DNA from: Candidatus Woesearchaeota archaeon
GTDB taxonomy: Archaea; Nanobdellota; Nanobdellia; SCGC-AAA011-G17; PNOQ01
Direction of reading: 5' to 3'
DNA: 15,861 nucleotides
Assembly: GCA_964344655.1 (NCBI GenBank)
Contig: CAYFOF010000004.1
Span: 1,444 to 17,304 of the forward strand
Below, in pieces: positions 1 to 6,966 of this stretch. Positions within the stretch are counted from its first letter, which is position 1, and each line of letters opens with the position of its first letter. The notes below the pieces were generated by a model. That model was given only the letters and a program-made list of their open reading frames with translations. It was not told the DNA's origin and ran no database searches. A program made the position numbers and the translations under genes.

Positions 1-2158
1 AACTTACCCTATCATGTACTCCTCCAGAATTTAAAGTTCCAGTTTCATTATAGTCATTCAAAAACAATAAAACCTCTCCATTAATATCTGTATAATCAAA
101 AACAAAATGAGAAGAATCTAAAGTTTCTGCAGAAACCAGTGAATTAATAACTGGATTTCCAAAATCATCTTGAACAGTAACTAACAAATATGATTTCTTA
201 TGTAAATCATAATTTCCAGTAGAATATCCAGTAAAATGATAGTTATCTGGATCAAATCCATTTAAAAATTTATTATTTATTAGCCTTAAATTATTTGCAT
301 CAGAACTTCCACTACCAATCTGTATAGCAGAAGTTGGATTTGAAGGAGTATAAAATAAATTATCTACTCTACTAAACGTATTATTTTCTAACCATATATC
401 TGTAGATTGCCCATAAAAAGAAGTTATCCATATTGCTTTATCATTTGATTCAAAATAATTATTATAAAATAATTTATTATCTGGTGGAACGTTTCTAGTC
501 GTAGAATCTCCCACATATAAAGCATATAAGTGCAAATTATCATTATCATTTCTTTTTTCAGTATAAAATCTATTATTGTAAATATTATTATTGGGACCAC
601 TTGCACTAAAAAATATGCCTGTAGAAATTGGAGTACATCCTGGATGTTCAGGATTAGTATAGTATTCACCAGTTATATGAAAGTCATTATTGTAAACATC
701 CACATCAAAAGTTTCATCAGAAGAATAATCATTAATCCTTATAGCATTCGTTGAAAAAGTTAAATCTGATCCAGTTATATATTCTGGATCACAAGGCTGA
801 GCAACAGAATAAAAAATATTGTTATAAATATTAATTCCATTAGACCTATAAACTAATATACCACTACCATGAATTGGATCAAAAACATTGTTAAAAACTT
901 CTGAATTATCTGTAGAATATGTAATTGCATAATGGTTAGTAACCTTTTGATTATTCTCTATAACATTATTATAGATTCTAGAATTGCCTCCTACAACATT
1001 TATTACACCTTGTCCACCAGAAGCAATATTATTATGAAAATCTTGAGAACCAATAACAGATCCAGTTCTAAAAAGTTGTTGTCTTGTCGTAATCCAGGGT
1101 TGATAATTATATAATTCAGAGTAAGATATAGAACCCGAAGAACTAGTTCTTATAGCATTTGAATCAATTCCAGAAACATTAATAATAACATTTTCAACAT
1201 TCAAACTTCCTCCACTCATATAATAAGAAGTTATACCAAAACCAGAATGCACAAAAGAGCCAGAATTTATATATCCATCCCTAACAGTAATACTTGCTCC
1301 AGGTGTCCCAGTTTGACCCATATAATCCGGACCATAACAAGCTTGAGAAGAATAAGTATCACAATAAGCATCAGTATAGTACCTTATAACTCCCACACCA
1401 TGATCATGAGCAGGCAAAATCCCTCCCAAATCTAAAAATTGATTATTGCTATTAGAAGTTATTTTTATACGATAATTTCCTGCCGGCTGATCATCAAAAT
1501 CGCAAAAAGCCACCATTCCCTCCCCATCAAAATCGGCACCATAAGTATTACTACAAACAGTAGTTCCAACAGAATTTTCAACTTCTAATGTTGCCCCCCC
1601 ATTACCATCTTGATATAATATTATTCCCCTATAATGCCTATTACTTACTGGCAAATAAACCCAATCAGAAACCACTACACTTCCAGCATTTGGCAAGTAT
1701 AAAGAGTATTCATCTATTAAGGGCATCTCTTGTTTGGTTCCTTGTCTTGCTTCTGGGGCACCAGAAATATCCCAATTATTTGGAGATCCATCAGTCCATT
1801 CTTCAAAATTCCAATTAGGCACCATATTATATGCTTCAGCATAAGTAATAGTATAACCATTCAAATCTAATATATCATTGTCTCCCAAGAATAAACAAGT
1901 CATCGGATCTGAAATATCCTGCATTAGAAGAAAATAAGTATCAGAAAAAGATGAATAATCTCCACAAGAATTTAATTCAATACAATTTGGATGAGAAATA
2001 TCAAGACACGTTCTTGAACCAGGGGCAGAAACAGTTGCACCAGCATTAGCCCTAATATCCTGCTCCAAACTATCCAAAGGGCCTTTTTTTACTTCACTAG
2101 TATTACAACCCGAAATAACAAGAACTACTAATAAAAATAATAACCCCAACTTTTTCAT
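1..2158 (-). CDS. Secreted, lipobox-bearing surface protein with right-handed parallel beta-helix repeats (N-terminal 719 codons; C-terminus lies beyond the left window edge)
   Basis: Absent from the supplied ORF track. Reading + strand triplets from position 2, I find no tta/cta/tca (minus-strand stops) up to the cat at 2156-2158 (ATG). An in-frame minus-strand TGA lies just upstream at 2174-2176. The N-terminus MKKLGLLFLLVVLVISGCNTSEVKKGP is a signal peptide plus lipobox (I-S-G-C). The body is rich in G/N/S/T/Y with recurring (Y/F)NNxF turns: RIYNNVIENN, EVFNNVFDP, NIYNNIFYS, DVYNNDFHI, NIYNNRFYT, LFYNNYFES, LENNTFSR, LINNKFLN. These are typical of pectate-lyase-fold (PbH1) repeats. The last visible part (YLLVTVQDDFGNPVINSLVSAETLD...) looks like a small beta-sandwich domain. 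Confidence 0.8.
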   Translation of the reverse strand, partial: MKKLGLLFLLVVLVISGCNTSEVKKGPLDSLEQDIRANAGATVSAPGSRTCLDISHPNCIELNSCGDYSSFSDTYFLLMQDISDPMTCLFLGDNDILDLNGYTITYAEAYNMVPNWNFEEWTDGSPNNWDISGAPEARQGTKQEMPLIDEYSLYLPNAGSVVVSDWVYLPVSNRHYRGIILYQDGNGGATLEVENSVGTTVCSNTYGADFDGEGMVAFCDFDDQPAGNYRIKITSNSNNQFLDLGGILPAHDHGVGVIRYYTDAYCDTYSSQACYGPDYMGQTGTPGASITVRDGYINSGSFVHSGFGITSYYMSGGSLNVENVIINVSGIDSNAIRTSSSGSISYSELYNYQPWITTRQQLFRTGSVIGSQDFHNNIASGGQGVINVVGGNSRIYNNVIENNQKVTNHYAITYSTDNSEVFNNVFDPIHGSGILVYRSNGINIYNNIFYSVAQPCDPEYITGSDLTFSTNAIRINDYSSDETFDVDVYNNDFHITGEYYTNPEHPGCTPISTGIFFSASGPNNNIYNNRFYTEKRNDNDNLHLYALYVGDSTTRNVPPDNKLFYNNYFESNDKAIWITSFYGQSTDIWLENNTFSRVDNLFYTPSNPTSAIQIGSGSSDANNLRLINNKFLNGFDPDNYHFTGYSTGNYDLHKKSYLLVTVQDDFGNPVINSLVSAETLDSSHFVFDYTDINGEVLLFLNDYNETGTLNSGGVHDRVS

Positions 2159-2179
2159 AATAAACCTAAACGATCACAC

Positions 2180-2187
2180 TTTATAAA
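2180..2187 (-). promoter_or_regulatory. TATA-like box (TTTATAAA) for the beta-helix lipoprotein gene; overlaps the stop codon of the upstream methyltransferase gene
   Basis: Centred about 26 nt upstream of the ATG at 2158. The intergenic spacer is only 22 nt and shows no SD-like motif. Confidence 0.45.
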
Positions 2188-3104
2188 TCTTTTTTAATTT
2201 TGGTTATAAAAAATCCGTCAGTCCCGTTATCTTGTGGCCAAATTCTTAAACATTTCTTCACCGAAGAATTATACTCTTTGCCATTAAAAGAAACAACAGA
2301 ATCTCCATGCTTCAAATTTAAATTAATTTTAACAATTTTAGCATTAGAATAGTTATCCAATAAGTAACTAATCACCCCCTCATCTTCTTCAGGCTCTAAA
2401 GTACAAGTAGAATAAACCATTTCACCACCACTCTTCAAATTTTCAAAGGCAGTTTTAATCAATTGTTTCTGTATTCCTGCCAAACGTCTAATAGAAAAAG
2501 GGTTCCAAGTTTTAATTGTTCCAGGGCTCTTACTCAAAGTTCCAGTTCCAGAACAAGGAGCATCTAACAAAATTTTATCAAACTCAAATCCCTTGATAAA
2601 GCGTCCTTGCATCAATGTTGTAATAACATTTCTAACTCCACACCTTTGTAAATTAGAATTCAAAGAACTCATTCTTGTATAATCAGTATCATTGGCAATA
2701 ATAAATCCCTCATTTTTCATCTTAGCCCCAATTTGAGTAGTTTTAGAACCTGGAGCAGCAGCCATATCCAAAACAAATTCCCCTGGTTTAGGATTCAAAA
2801 CTTCAACTGGAATCATAGAGCTAGCTTCTTGAACATAAAAATATCCCAATCCATGTTCAGGACGATTACCTAATCCAAAAACTTGCTCATCAATAAAAAA
2901 TCCTTCTTTACACCATGGAACTTGTTTTAATTTAAAATCAATTCTTTTCTTAAATTCTGGAATAGAAATTTTCAAAGTATTAACTCTTAAAGATTTAGTT
3001 TGTTCTTTCAAAGAATATTCTTTAAATTTTTCAAAATCTGTTAATTCTGAATACCTCTTAACAAACTTCTCTTTAAATTCTGGAATTTGCATAGAATAAA
3101 ACAA
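2181..3104 (-). CDS. NOL1/NOP2/Sun family RNA (cytosine-C5) methyltransferase (archaeal Trm4/NSUN-like)
   Basis: Hallmark motifs are present: DMAAAPGSKTT (SAM binding), DAPCSGTG (motif IV Cys) and VYSTCTL (motif VI catalytic Cys). The track start at 3104 is a TTG. The ATG at 3092 (MQIPEF...) is more likely, because a TATA-like box at 3113-3122 is centred about 25 nt upstream of it. Confidence 0.9.
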   Translation of the reverse strand: MFYSMQIPEFKEKFVKRYSELTDFEKFKEYSLKEQTKSLRVNTLKISIPEFKKRIDFKLKQVPWCKEGFFIDEQVFGLGNRPEHGLGYFYVQEASSMIPVEVLNPKPGEFVLDMAAAPGSKTTQIGAKMKNEGFIIANDTDYTRMSSLNSNLQRCGVRNVITTLMQGRFIKGFEFDKILLDAPCSGTGTLSKSPGTIKTWNPFSIRRLAGIQKQLIKTAFENLKSGGEMVYSTCTLEPEEDEGVISYLLDNYSNAKIVKINLNLKHGDSVVSFNGKEYNSSVKKCLRIWPQDNGTDGFFITKIKKDL

Positions 3105-3112
3105 AAATTACT

Positions 3113-3122
3113 AATTTAAAAA
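3113..3122 (-). promoter_or_regulatory. TATA-like box (minus strand TTTTTAAATT) for the NSUN-type methyltransferase gene; overlaps the MYG1 stop codon
   Basis: Centred about 25 nt upstream of the ATG at 3092, but only about 13 nt from the TTG at 3104. Confidence 0.4.
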
Positions 3123-3979
3123 TCTAATCTTTCTTCCAAAGCAAGTTCTGTCAAAGCTATAGCTCCTTCTTTAGTAGATGCAGTAGCAATAAATCGATTT
3201 TTATGACAAAAAAGAGCATCCCTCACACCAGTAACATCAGCTAATTCTTCATCCAAGCCCGCCCAATGTTTTGGGAACAAAATTTTTCTTTTCCCTCCAC
3301 CGCCAAACGTAGCTTCCGAAGCCCAACGATCCCAGGAATATTGATAAACTCCAAACAAAATGTCTGTTTTATTAGATACTTTAGCTTTCCACGGGGGAGT
3401 TGGAGGATCAAAAACAACATATCTTCCATTACTCTCTCGAATTGCCTCTTCAATTAATTCATTCGCTGGTTCTAAACTATTAGCAAAACCAATTTTTCTT
3501 CTCAAAAATCCTAAAGAAAAATCTAAAGCATCATAAAAACAATCATCAATATCTTGATCAGAATTCCATTCTGGTGAATAAGAGCCAACAATTTCTGCTA
3601 ACAAAGTTGGTTTAATCCCATGGATAACAGGATAGATACCATTATCTGCTGCATCTATTGGCCTTATAATTTTTTTATCTATAAAGTCAAATGCCATATC
3701 AGATTTAACTAAACCTCTTCCGAAATTATGCCAAACTAATCCGGCAGAAGCATATGGAGTCCCACATCCCCTTTTCATATTAAAATCATCTTGGTGATGG
3801 TCGAAATCTCCAGTGCTAGGGTTATATTTCATCCCAACATCAACTCTAAGTCTTGCTCTAGAATAAATTTCAGGGTCTCTAGTTCTAACTACTTCAAAAT
3901 CCCCATATTGTAAGATAAGTGCAGAGATTGCAAATAATTCATCTGCATGAAATCTTCCATCATGTGTTGCAACTAACAT
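3116..3979 (-). CDS. MYG1 / UPF0160 family metal-dependent hydrolase (putative 3'-5' RNA exonuclease)
   Basis: Family signatures seen: THDGRFHADE (THxGxFHxDE), VVRTRDPE, VDVG...FDHHQ, ASAGLVWHNFG, IDAADNGI, and a C-terminal WAGLDEELADVTGVRDALFCHKNRFIATASTKEGAIAL. Confidence 0.85.
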   Translation of the reverse strand: MLVATHDGRFHADELFAISALILQYGDFEVVRTRDPEIYSRARLRVDVGMKYNPSTGDFDHHQDDFNMKRGCGTPYASAGLVWHNFGRGLVKSDMAFDFIDKKIIRPIDAADNGIYPVIHGIKPTLLAEIVGSYSPEWNSDQDIDDCFYDALDFSLGFLRRKIGFANSLEPANELIEEAIRESNGRYVVFDPPTPPWKAKVSNKTDILFGVYQYSWDRWASEATFGGGGKRKILFPKHWAGLDEELADVTGVRDALFCHKNRFIATASTKEGAIALTELALEERLDF

Positions 3980-3999
3980 AAAAAAAGGAAAAGAATTCC

Positions 4000-4009
4000 C
4001 TTTAAAAAG
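4000..4009 (-). promoter_or_regulatory. TATA-like box (minus strand CTTTTTAAAG) for the MYG1 gene; overlaps the stop codon of the Cys/Asp-rich protein gene
   Basis: Centred about 25 nt upstream of the ATG at 3979, with a 22-nt spacer. The same 10-mer occurs at 4535-4544. Confidence 0.45.
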
Positions 4010-4400
4010 CTAACTTTTCTCGTGAACACGGCAAATCAAATCCATCACAATCCCCATCTATACCATTTCCACAAATTTCAACTCTTTCAGGATTAACATT
4101 ATGATCCAAATCATTACAATCTAAATTATTAAACGCCATTTCATCTAAAGGATGTTCAAAATAATCGAAATTTCCCCAACATTCAAAGTGTCTTATTTCT
4201 CCGGCACCATGCATATCATGATCTTCATCTAAGTAAAACGGTCTCCAATACCATTTTTCTGGATCATTGTCATCACAATCTATTCCAAAATAACATCCTT
4301 CGCCAAAACCATCTCTATCTAAGTCCAAACAATCACTATTTCCTAAATTAAAAGAAAGGAAAAACAATAAAATCCCTATAACTAAAATAACTTTTTTCAT
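4002..4400 (-). CDS. Small secreted Cys/Asp-rich protein with MopE-like putative metal (Ca/Cu)-binding repeats
   Basis: N-terminal signal peptide MKKVILVIGILLFFLSFNLGNS. Two repeats of the DxDxDG...DCDDxDxxxxP...CxGxDxDCDG type: DLDRDGFGEGCYFGIDCDDNDPEKW and DCNDLDHNVNPERVEICGNGIDGDCDG. Confidence 0.6.
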   Translation of the reverse strand: MKKVILVIGILLFFLSFNLGNSDCLDLDRDGFGEGCYFGIDCDDNDPEKWYWRPFYLDEDHDMHGAGEIRHFECWGNFDYFEHPLDEMAFNNLDCNDLDHNVNPERVEICGNGIDGDCDGFDLPCSREKLAF

Positions 4401-4424
4401 ATTCGGGGGAAATTTAAACCATTT

Positions 4425-4431
4425 AAAAAAA
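4425..4431 (-). terminator. Oligo-T tract (T7 on the minus strand) downstream of tRNA-Gly
   Basis: An A7 run on the + strand lies 7 nt beyond the tRNA 3' end. The same AT tract (TTTTTTAAAT, 4421-4430) sits about 25 nt upstream of the ATG at 4400, so it may also act as a TATA box. Confidence 0.4.
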
Positions 4432-4437
4432 TTTGTA

Positions 4438-4509
4438 TGCGCGAGCCGGGACTTGAACCCGGGTCACCACGTTGGCAACGTGGTATACTAACCACTATAC
4501 TACTCACGC
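4438..4509 (-). tRNA. tRNA-Gly (anticodon GCC), 72 nt, no encoded CCA
   Basis: Minus-strand fold: GCGTGAG TA GTAT AGTGGTTA GTAT A CCACG TTGCCAA CGTGG TGAC CCGGG TTCAAGT CCCGG CTCGCGC A. The acceptor stem is 7 bp with one G:U. The anticodon loop UUGCCAA has U33 and A37, and the T-loop is canonical. The gene is a GC-rich island in AT-rich DNA. Confidence 0.9.
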
Positions 4510-4534
4510 ACTAAGAAAAAAACAATAAACCAAC

Positions 4535-4544
4535 CTTTTTAAAG
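4535..4544. promoter_or_regulatory. Shared near-palindromic TATA element (CTTTTTAAAG) between divergent tRNA-Gly and the SAM methyltransferase gene
   Basis: Centre is about 30 nt from the tRNA-Gly 5' end (4509, minus strand) and about 25 nt from the ATG at 4565 (plus strand). I see no other TATA-like element in the 55-nt spacer. Confidence 0.45.
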
Positions 4545-4564
4545 CTTTTTAACTAACTAATAAT

Positions 4565-5029
4565 ATGGACTATTATTCAACCATTGCAGAAGGATATAAT
4601 GAACTTCACAAAAATGAACAATTAGATAAAATAAAAGCAATTTTCAAAAATGTTTACATCTCAAATGAAGAGACAGTTTTAGATGTTGGTTGTGGAACAG
4701 CATTATATGCATACTTATTTAGAAATTATAAAGGAATAGATCCCAGTCCAGGAATGTTAGATCAAGCAAAGGCAGATGTAATAAAAGGAGAAGCTGAAGA
4801 TCTTCCATTTGAAGATAATTCTTTCGATAATGTTATTTCAATCACAGCGATACATAACTTCAATGACTACAAAAAAGGAGTAGAAGAAATGGAGAGAGTA
4901 GCAAAGAAAAAAGTGATAATAACTTTACTAAAAAAAGCAAAAAAATTCGAAGAAATAAAAAAATATCTAAAAGACTATAAACAAATAGATCAAATTACTG
5001 ATTTAATATTCGTAAAAAATGTCAAATAA
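4565..5029 (+). CDS. Small class I SAM-dependent methyltransferase (Methyltransf_11-like)
   Basis: Motif I is VLDVGCGTA, followed by the post-I/II region AEDLPFEDNSFDNVISITAIHNF. The substrate cannot be inferred. Confidence 0.8.
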   Translation: MDYYSTIAEGYNELHKNEQLDKIKAIFKNVYISNEETVLDVGCGTALYAYLFRNYKGIDPSPGMLDQAKADVIKGEAEDLPFEDNSFDNVISITAIHNFNDYKKGVEEMERVAKKKVIITLLKKAKKFEEIKKYLKDYKQIDQITDLIFVKNVK

Positions 5030-5294
5030 AATAACTGCATCACATATACTAGTAAAATCACAAGAAAAAGCAGAAGAAATTCTAAATAAACTAAAAATAG
5101 GAAAATCTTTTGAAGAATTAGCCAAGGAAAATTCATTATGCCCCTCTAAAAAAAGAGGAGGAAATCTTGGGACTTTTTCCAGAGGACAAATGGTGAGAGA
5201 ATTTGAAAAAATAGCTTTTAATCTAAAGAAGGGAGAAATCTCAGCACCAGTAAAAACTCAATTCGGTTGGCACATAATAAAAAGAACTAATTAA
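5019..5294 (+). CDS. ppiC: Parvulin-type peptidyl-prolyl cis-trans isomerase (PpiC/Par10-like)
   Basis: Near full-length resemblance to E. coli PpiC: ASHILV, CPSKKRGGNLGTFSRGQMVREFEKIAF, PVKTQFGWHIIKR. The ATG at 5019 overlaps the preceding methyltransferase gene by 11 nt. Confidence 0.9.
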   Translation: MSNKITASHILVKSQEKAEEILNKLKIGKSFEELAKENSLCPSKKRGGNLGTFSRGQMVREFEKIAFNLKKGEISAPVKTQFGWHIIKRTN

Positions 5295-6889
5295 TCAAAC
5301 ATCTTAAACAAACCGCCGCCAGAAGCAGGTTCATTTTTTTTAGGAGCATCATCTTTTCTCATAGGTTCATCGAATTGCATCCTTTTAGGTTCCTCAGCTT
5401 TAACAACAGGGTCTACATTAAAAGAATCTTGATTTTTTCTTTCCATTTTTGAATCCTTTATATCTTTCAAAATTCTAGATTTAATATCATCAACATCATC
5501 AGAAGATATTTTCACTTTTGATTTCTTTAATTTAATTCCTTTTAATTTTCCCCTCTTTCTTAAAATAAAACTAGTATATATTAACATTCCAAATATCAAA
5601 CCAACTAATATCAAAAACGGAGTATCAGAGGTTCCGGACCCAGAAGATCTAACTGCTTGCCCAGTCACACCACTAAAGAAATCACCAAATTTCTCTCCAA
5701 AATTCCTATTATCAATAACTTCTAAAGAAAACGTTTCATCATTATTCAAAACTTTAAATGTTTGTTGACCTTCATCAAATATAGTATATAAAATTATGCT
5801 CATATTCTCTCCCGGAGCCAAATTTGTTCTCTTCTCAACAACCTCTCCATTCTCATCCTCTAAAACTAAAGGTTCAGAATAATGAATATTACCAATGTTG
5901 GTTACCCTCAAAAATTGCCCATCCAAAACCAAACCAACTTTTTCAACTGTTTCAACATCAAAGTATCTTTCAACTTTTAATCCAGCAGATTTAGCACTAA
6001 CTTTCCATTCTCCTGGCACAGCGTGTTTTTCCAATATATAATCAAAATCATCGTTCGATAATACAATTTCTTTTACTTGCCTTCTTCCCTTTCCATCATA
6101 AACTTTAAGTTCAACATCTTCTATTATCTCCTCTCCAGCTTGATCAACCAAAGCAGGAATAATCGAAACTACTTCATCTGGAAAGTAAGTTTCTTTTTCA
6201 AAATTAATGTTCAATAATTGTGGAATTCCCACAACAAAAAATTGTATTGTAGTCTCACCATAATTTCCTTGCGCATCAACTATAGAAACATCCAAATCAT
6301 GATATCCAGAAGTAATATCTGCACCAGTAATAAATTCATAAATAAATTTTTCGCTACTTATCGAAGTCTTATATTCAACTTCATCAAAAAGAATTTTAAC
6401 ATCTCCACTTTCTAAAACCTTAGAATCAACATTCCTTTGAACACTTCCCTCTAATTTAATCTCTTCTCCAGGATTTATTTGAACACTATCTAATCCTACA
6501 ACAATATTCAAAGTATTATCAACAACTAAAACCCCCGGCACAAGAAATTCTTCTAATTCAACTAAACTAGAATCTAATAAAGAGATACTAATAGTATAAT
6601 TTCCTGCATCATCTGGAAAAATACACCCATACTTACAAAATCCGGCACTCTGAGAAAATTGTCCATCAACAATTTGAGTTAACAAAACTAAATCGCCATT
6701 TGGACCATAAAAATTAATCATCGCGTTTCCTGTAAAGTCAGACCCTAAATGTTTTACTTCCTCTCCTTCAATAGAAAAGGCATCTCCCAATTGAACATTA
6801 TACGAACTTAAAGAAACATCATTTTCAGCAGAAGTTACTAACGGCATTATTAATAAAACAACCAACAGCGACATCAATCTCTTTTTCAT
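5291..6889 (-). CDS. Type I membrane-anchored surface protein: signal peptide, beta-rich ectodomain, C-terminal TM helix, Lys-rich cytoplasmic tail
   Basis: Signal peptide MKKRLMSLLVVLLIMPLVTSA. About 400 aa of beta-strand-like, acidic sequence follows. One hydrophobic helix (FLILVGLIFGMLIYTSFIL) is followed by RKRGKLKGIKLKKSKVK and a charged tail of about 90 aa. I recognise no enzyme motif. Confidence 0.7.
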   Translation of the reverse strand: MKKRLMSLLVVLLIMPLVTSAENDVSLSSYNVQLGDAFSIEGEEVKHLGSDFTGNAMINFYGPNGDLVLLTQIVDGQFSQSAGFCKYGCIFPDDAGNYTISISLLDSSLVELEEFLVPGVLVVDNTLNIVVGLDSVQINPGEEIKLEGSVQRNVDSKVLESGDVKILFDEVEYKTSISSEKFIYEFITGADITSGYHDLDVSIVDAQGNYGETTIQFFVVGIPQLLNINFEKETYFPDEVVSIIPALVDQAGEEIIEDVELKVYDGKGRRQVKEIVLSNDDFDYILEKHAVPGEWKVSAKSAGLKVERYFDVETVEKVGLVLDGQFLRVTNIGNIHYSEPLVLEDENGEVVEKRTNLAPGENMSIILYTIFDEGQQTFKVLNNDETFSLEVIDNRNFGEKFGDFFSGVTGQAVRSSGSGTSDTPFLILVGLIFGMLIYTSFILRKRGKLKGIKLKKSKVKISSDDVDDIKSRILKDIKDSKMERKNQDSFNVDPVVKAEEPKRMQFDEPMRKDDAPKKNEPASGGGLFKMFD

Positions 6890-6910
6890 ATCAATTAGAA
6901 TCTGATTTCT

Positions 6911-6920
6911 GATATATAAA
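6911..6920 (-). promoter_or_regulatory. TATA-like box (minus strand TTTATATATC) for the 532-aa surface protein gene
   Basis: Centred about 27 nt upstream of the ATG at 6889, in the 77-nt divergent spacer shared with thrS. Confidence 0.45.
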
Positions 6921-6935
6921 TCTTTTCATAGATAG

Positions 6936-6945
6936 CTTTAAATAT
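6936..6945 (+). promoter_or_regulatory. TATA-like box (CTTTAAATAT) for thrS
   Basis: Centred about 26 nt upstream of the ATG at 6967. The identical 10-mer recurs at 14129-14138 at the same distance from another ATG. Confidence 0.5.
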
Positions 6946-6966
6946 TTATTAAAAAAACAAAATACT

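Noticed and set aside
424-1818. Five track ORFs (424-669 minus, 530-754, 932-1114, 1247-1435, 1588-1818 plus)
   Set aside because: All lie inside the uninterrupted 719-codon minus-strand ORF (1-2158). Their translations are low-complexity Ile/Asn/Ser-rich strings typical of off-frame reads of AT-rich coding DNA.
3241-3457. Track ORFs 3241-3453 (minus) and 3266-3457 (plus)
   Set aside because: They are nested in the well-supported MYG1-family gene, in other frames, and have no motifs.
6218-6415. Track ORF 6218-6415 (plus)
   Set aside because: It is an antisense shadow inside the 532-aa surface protein gene.
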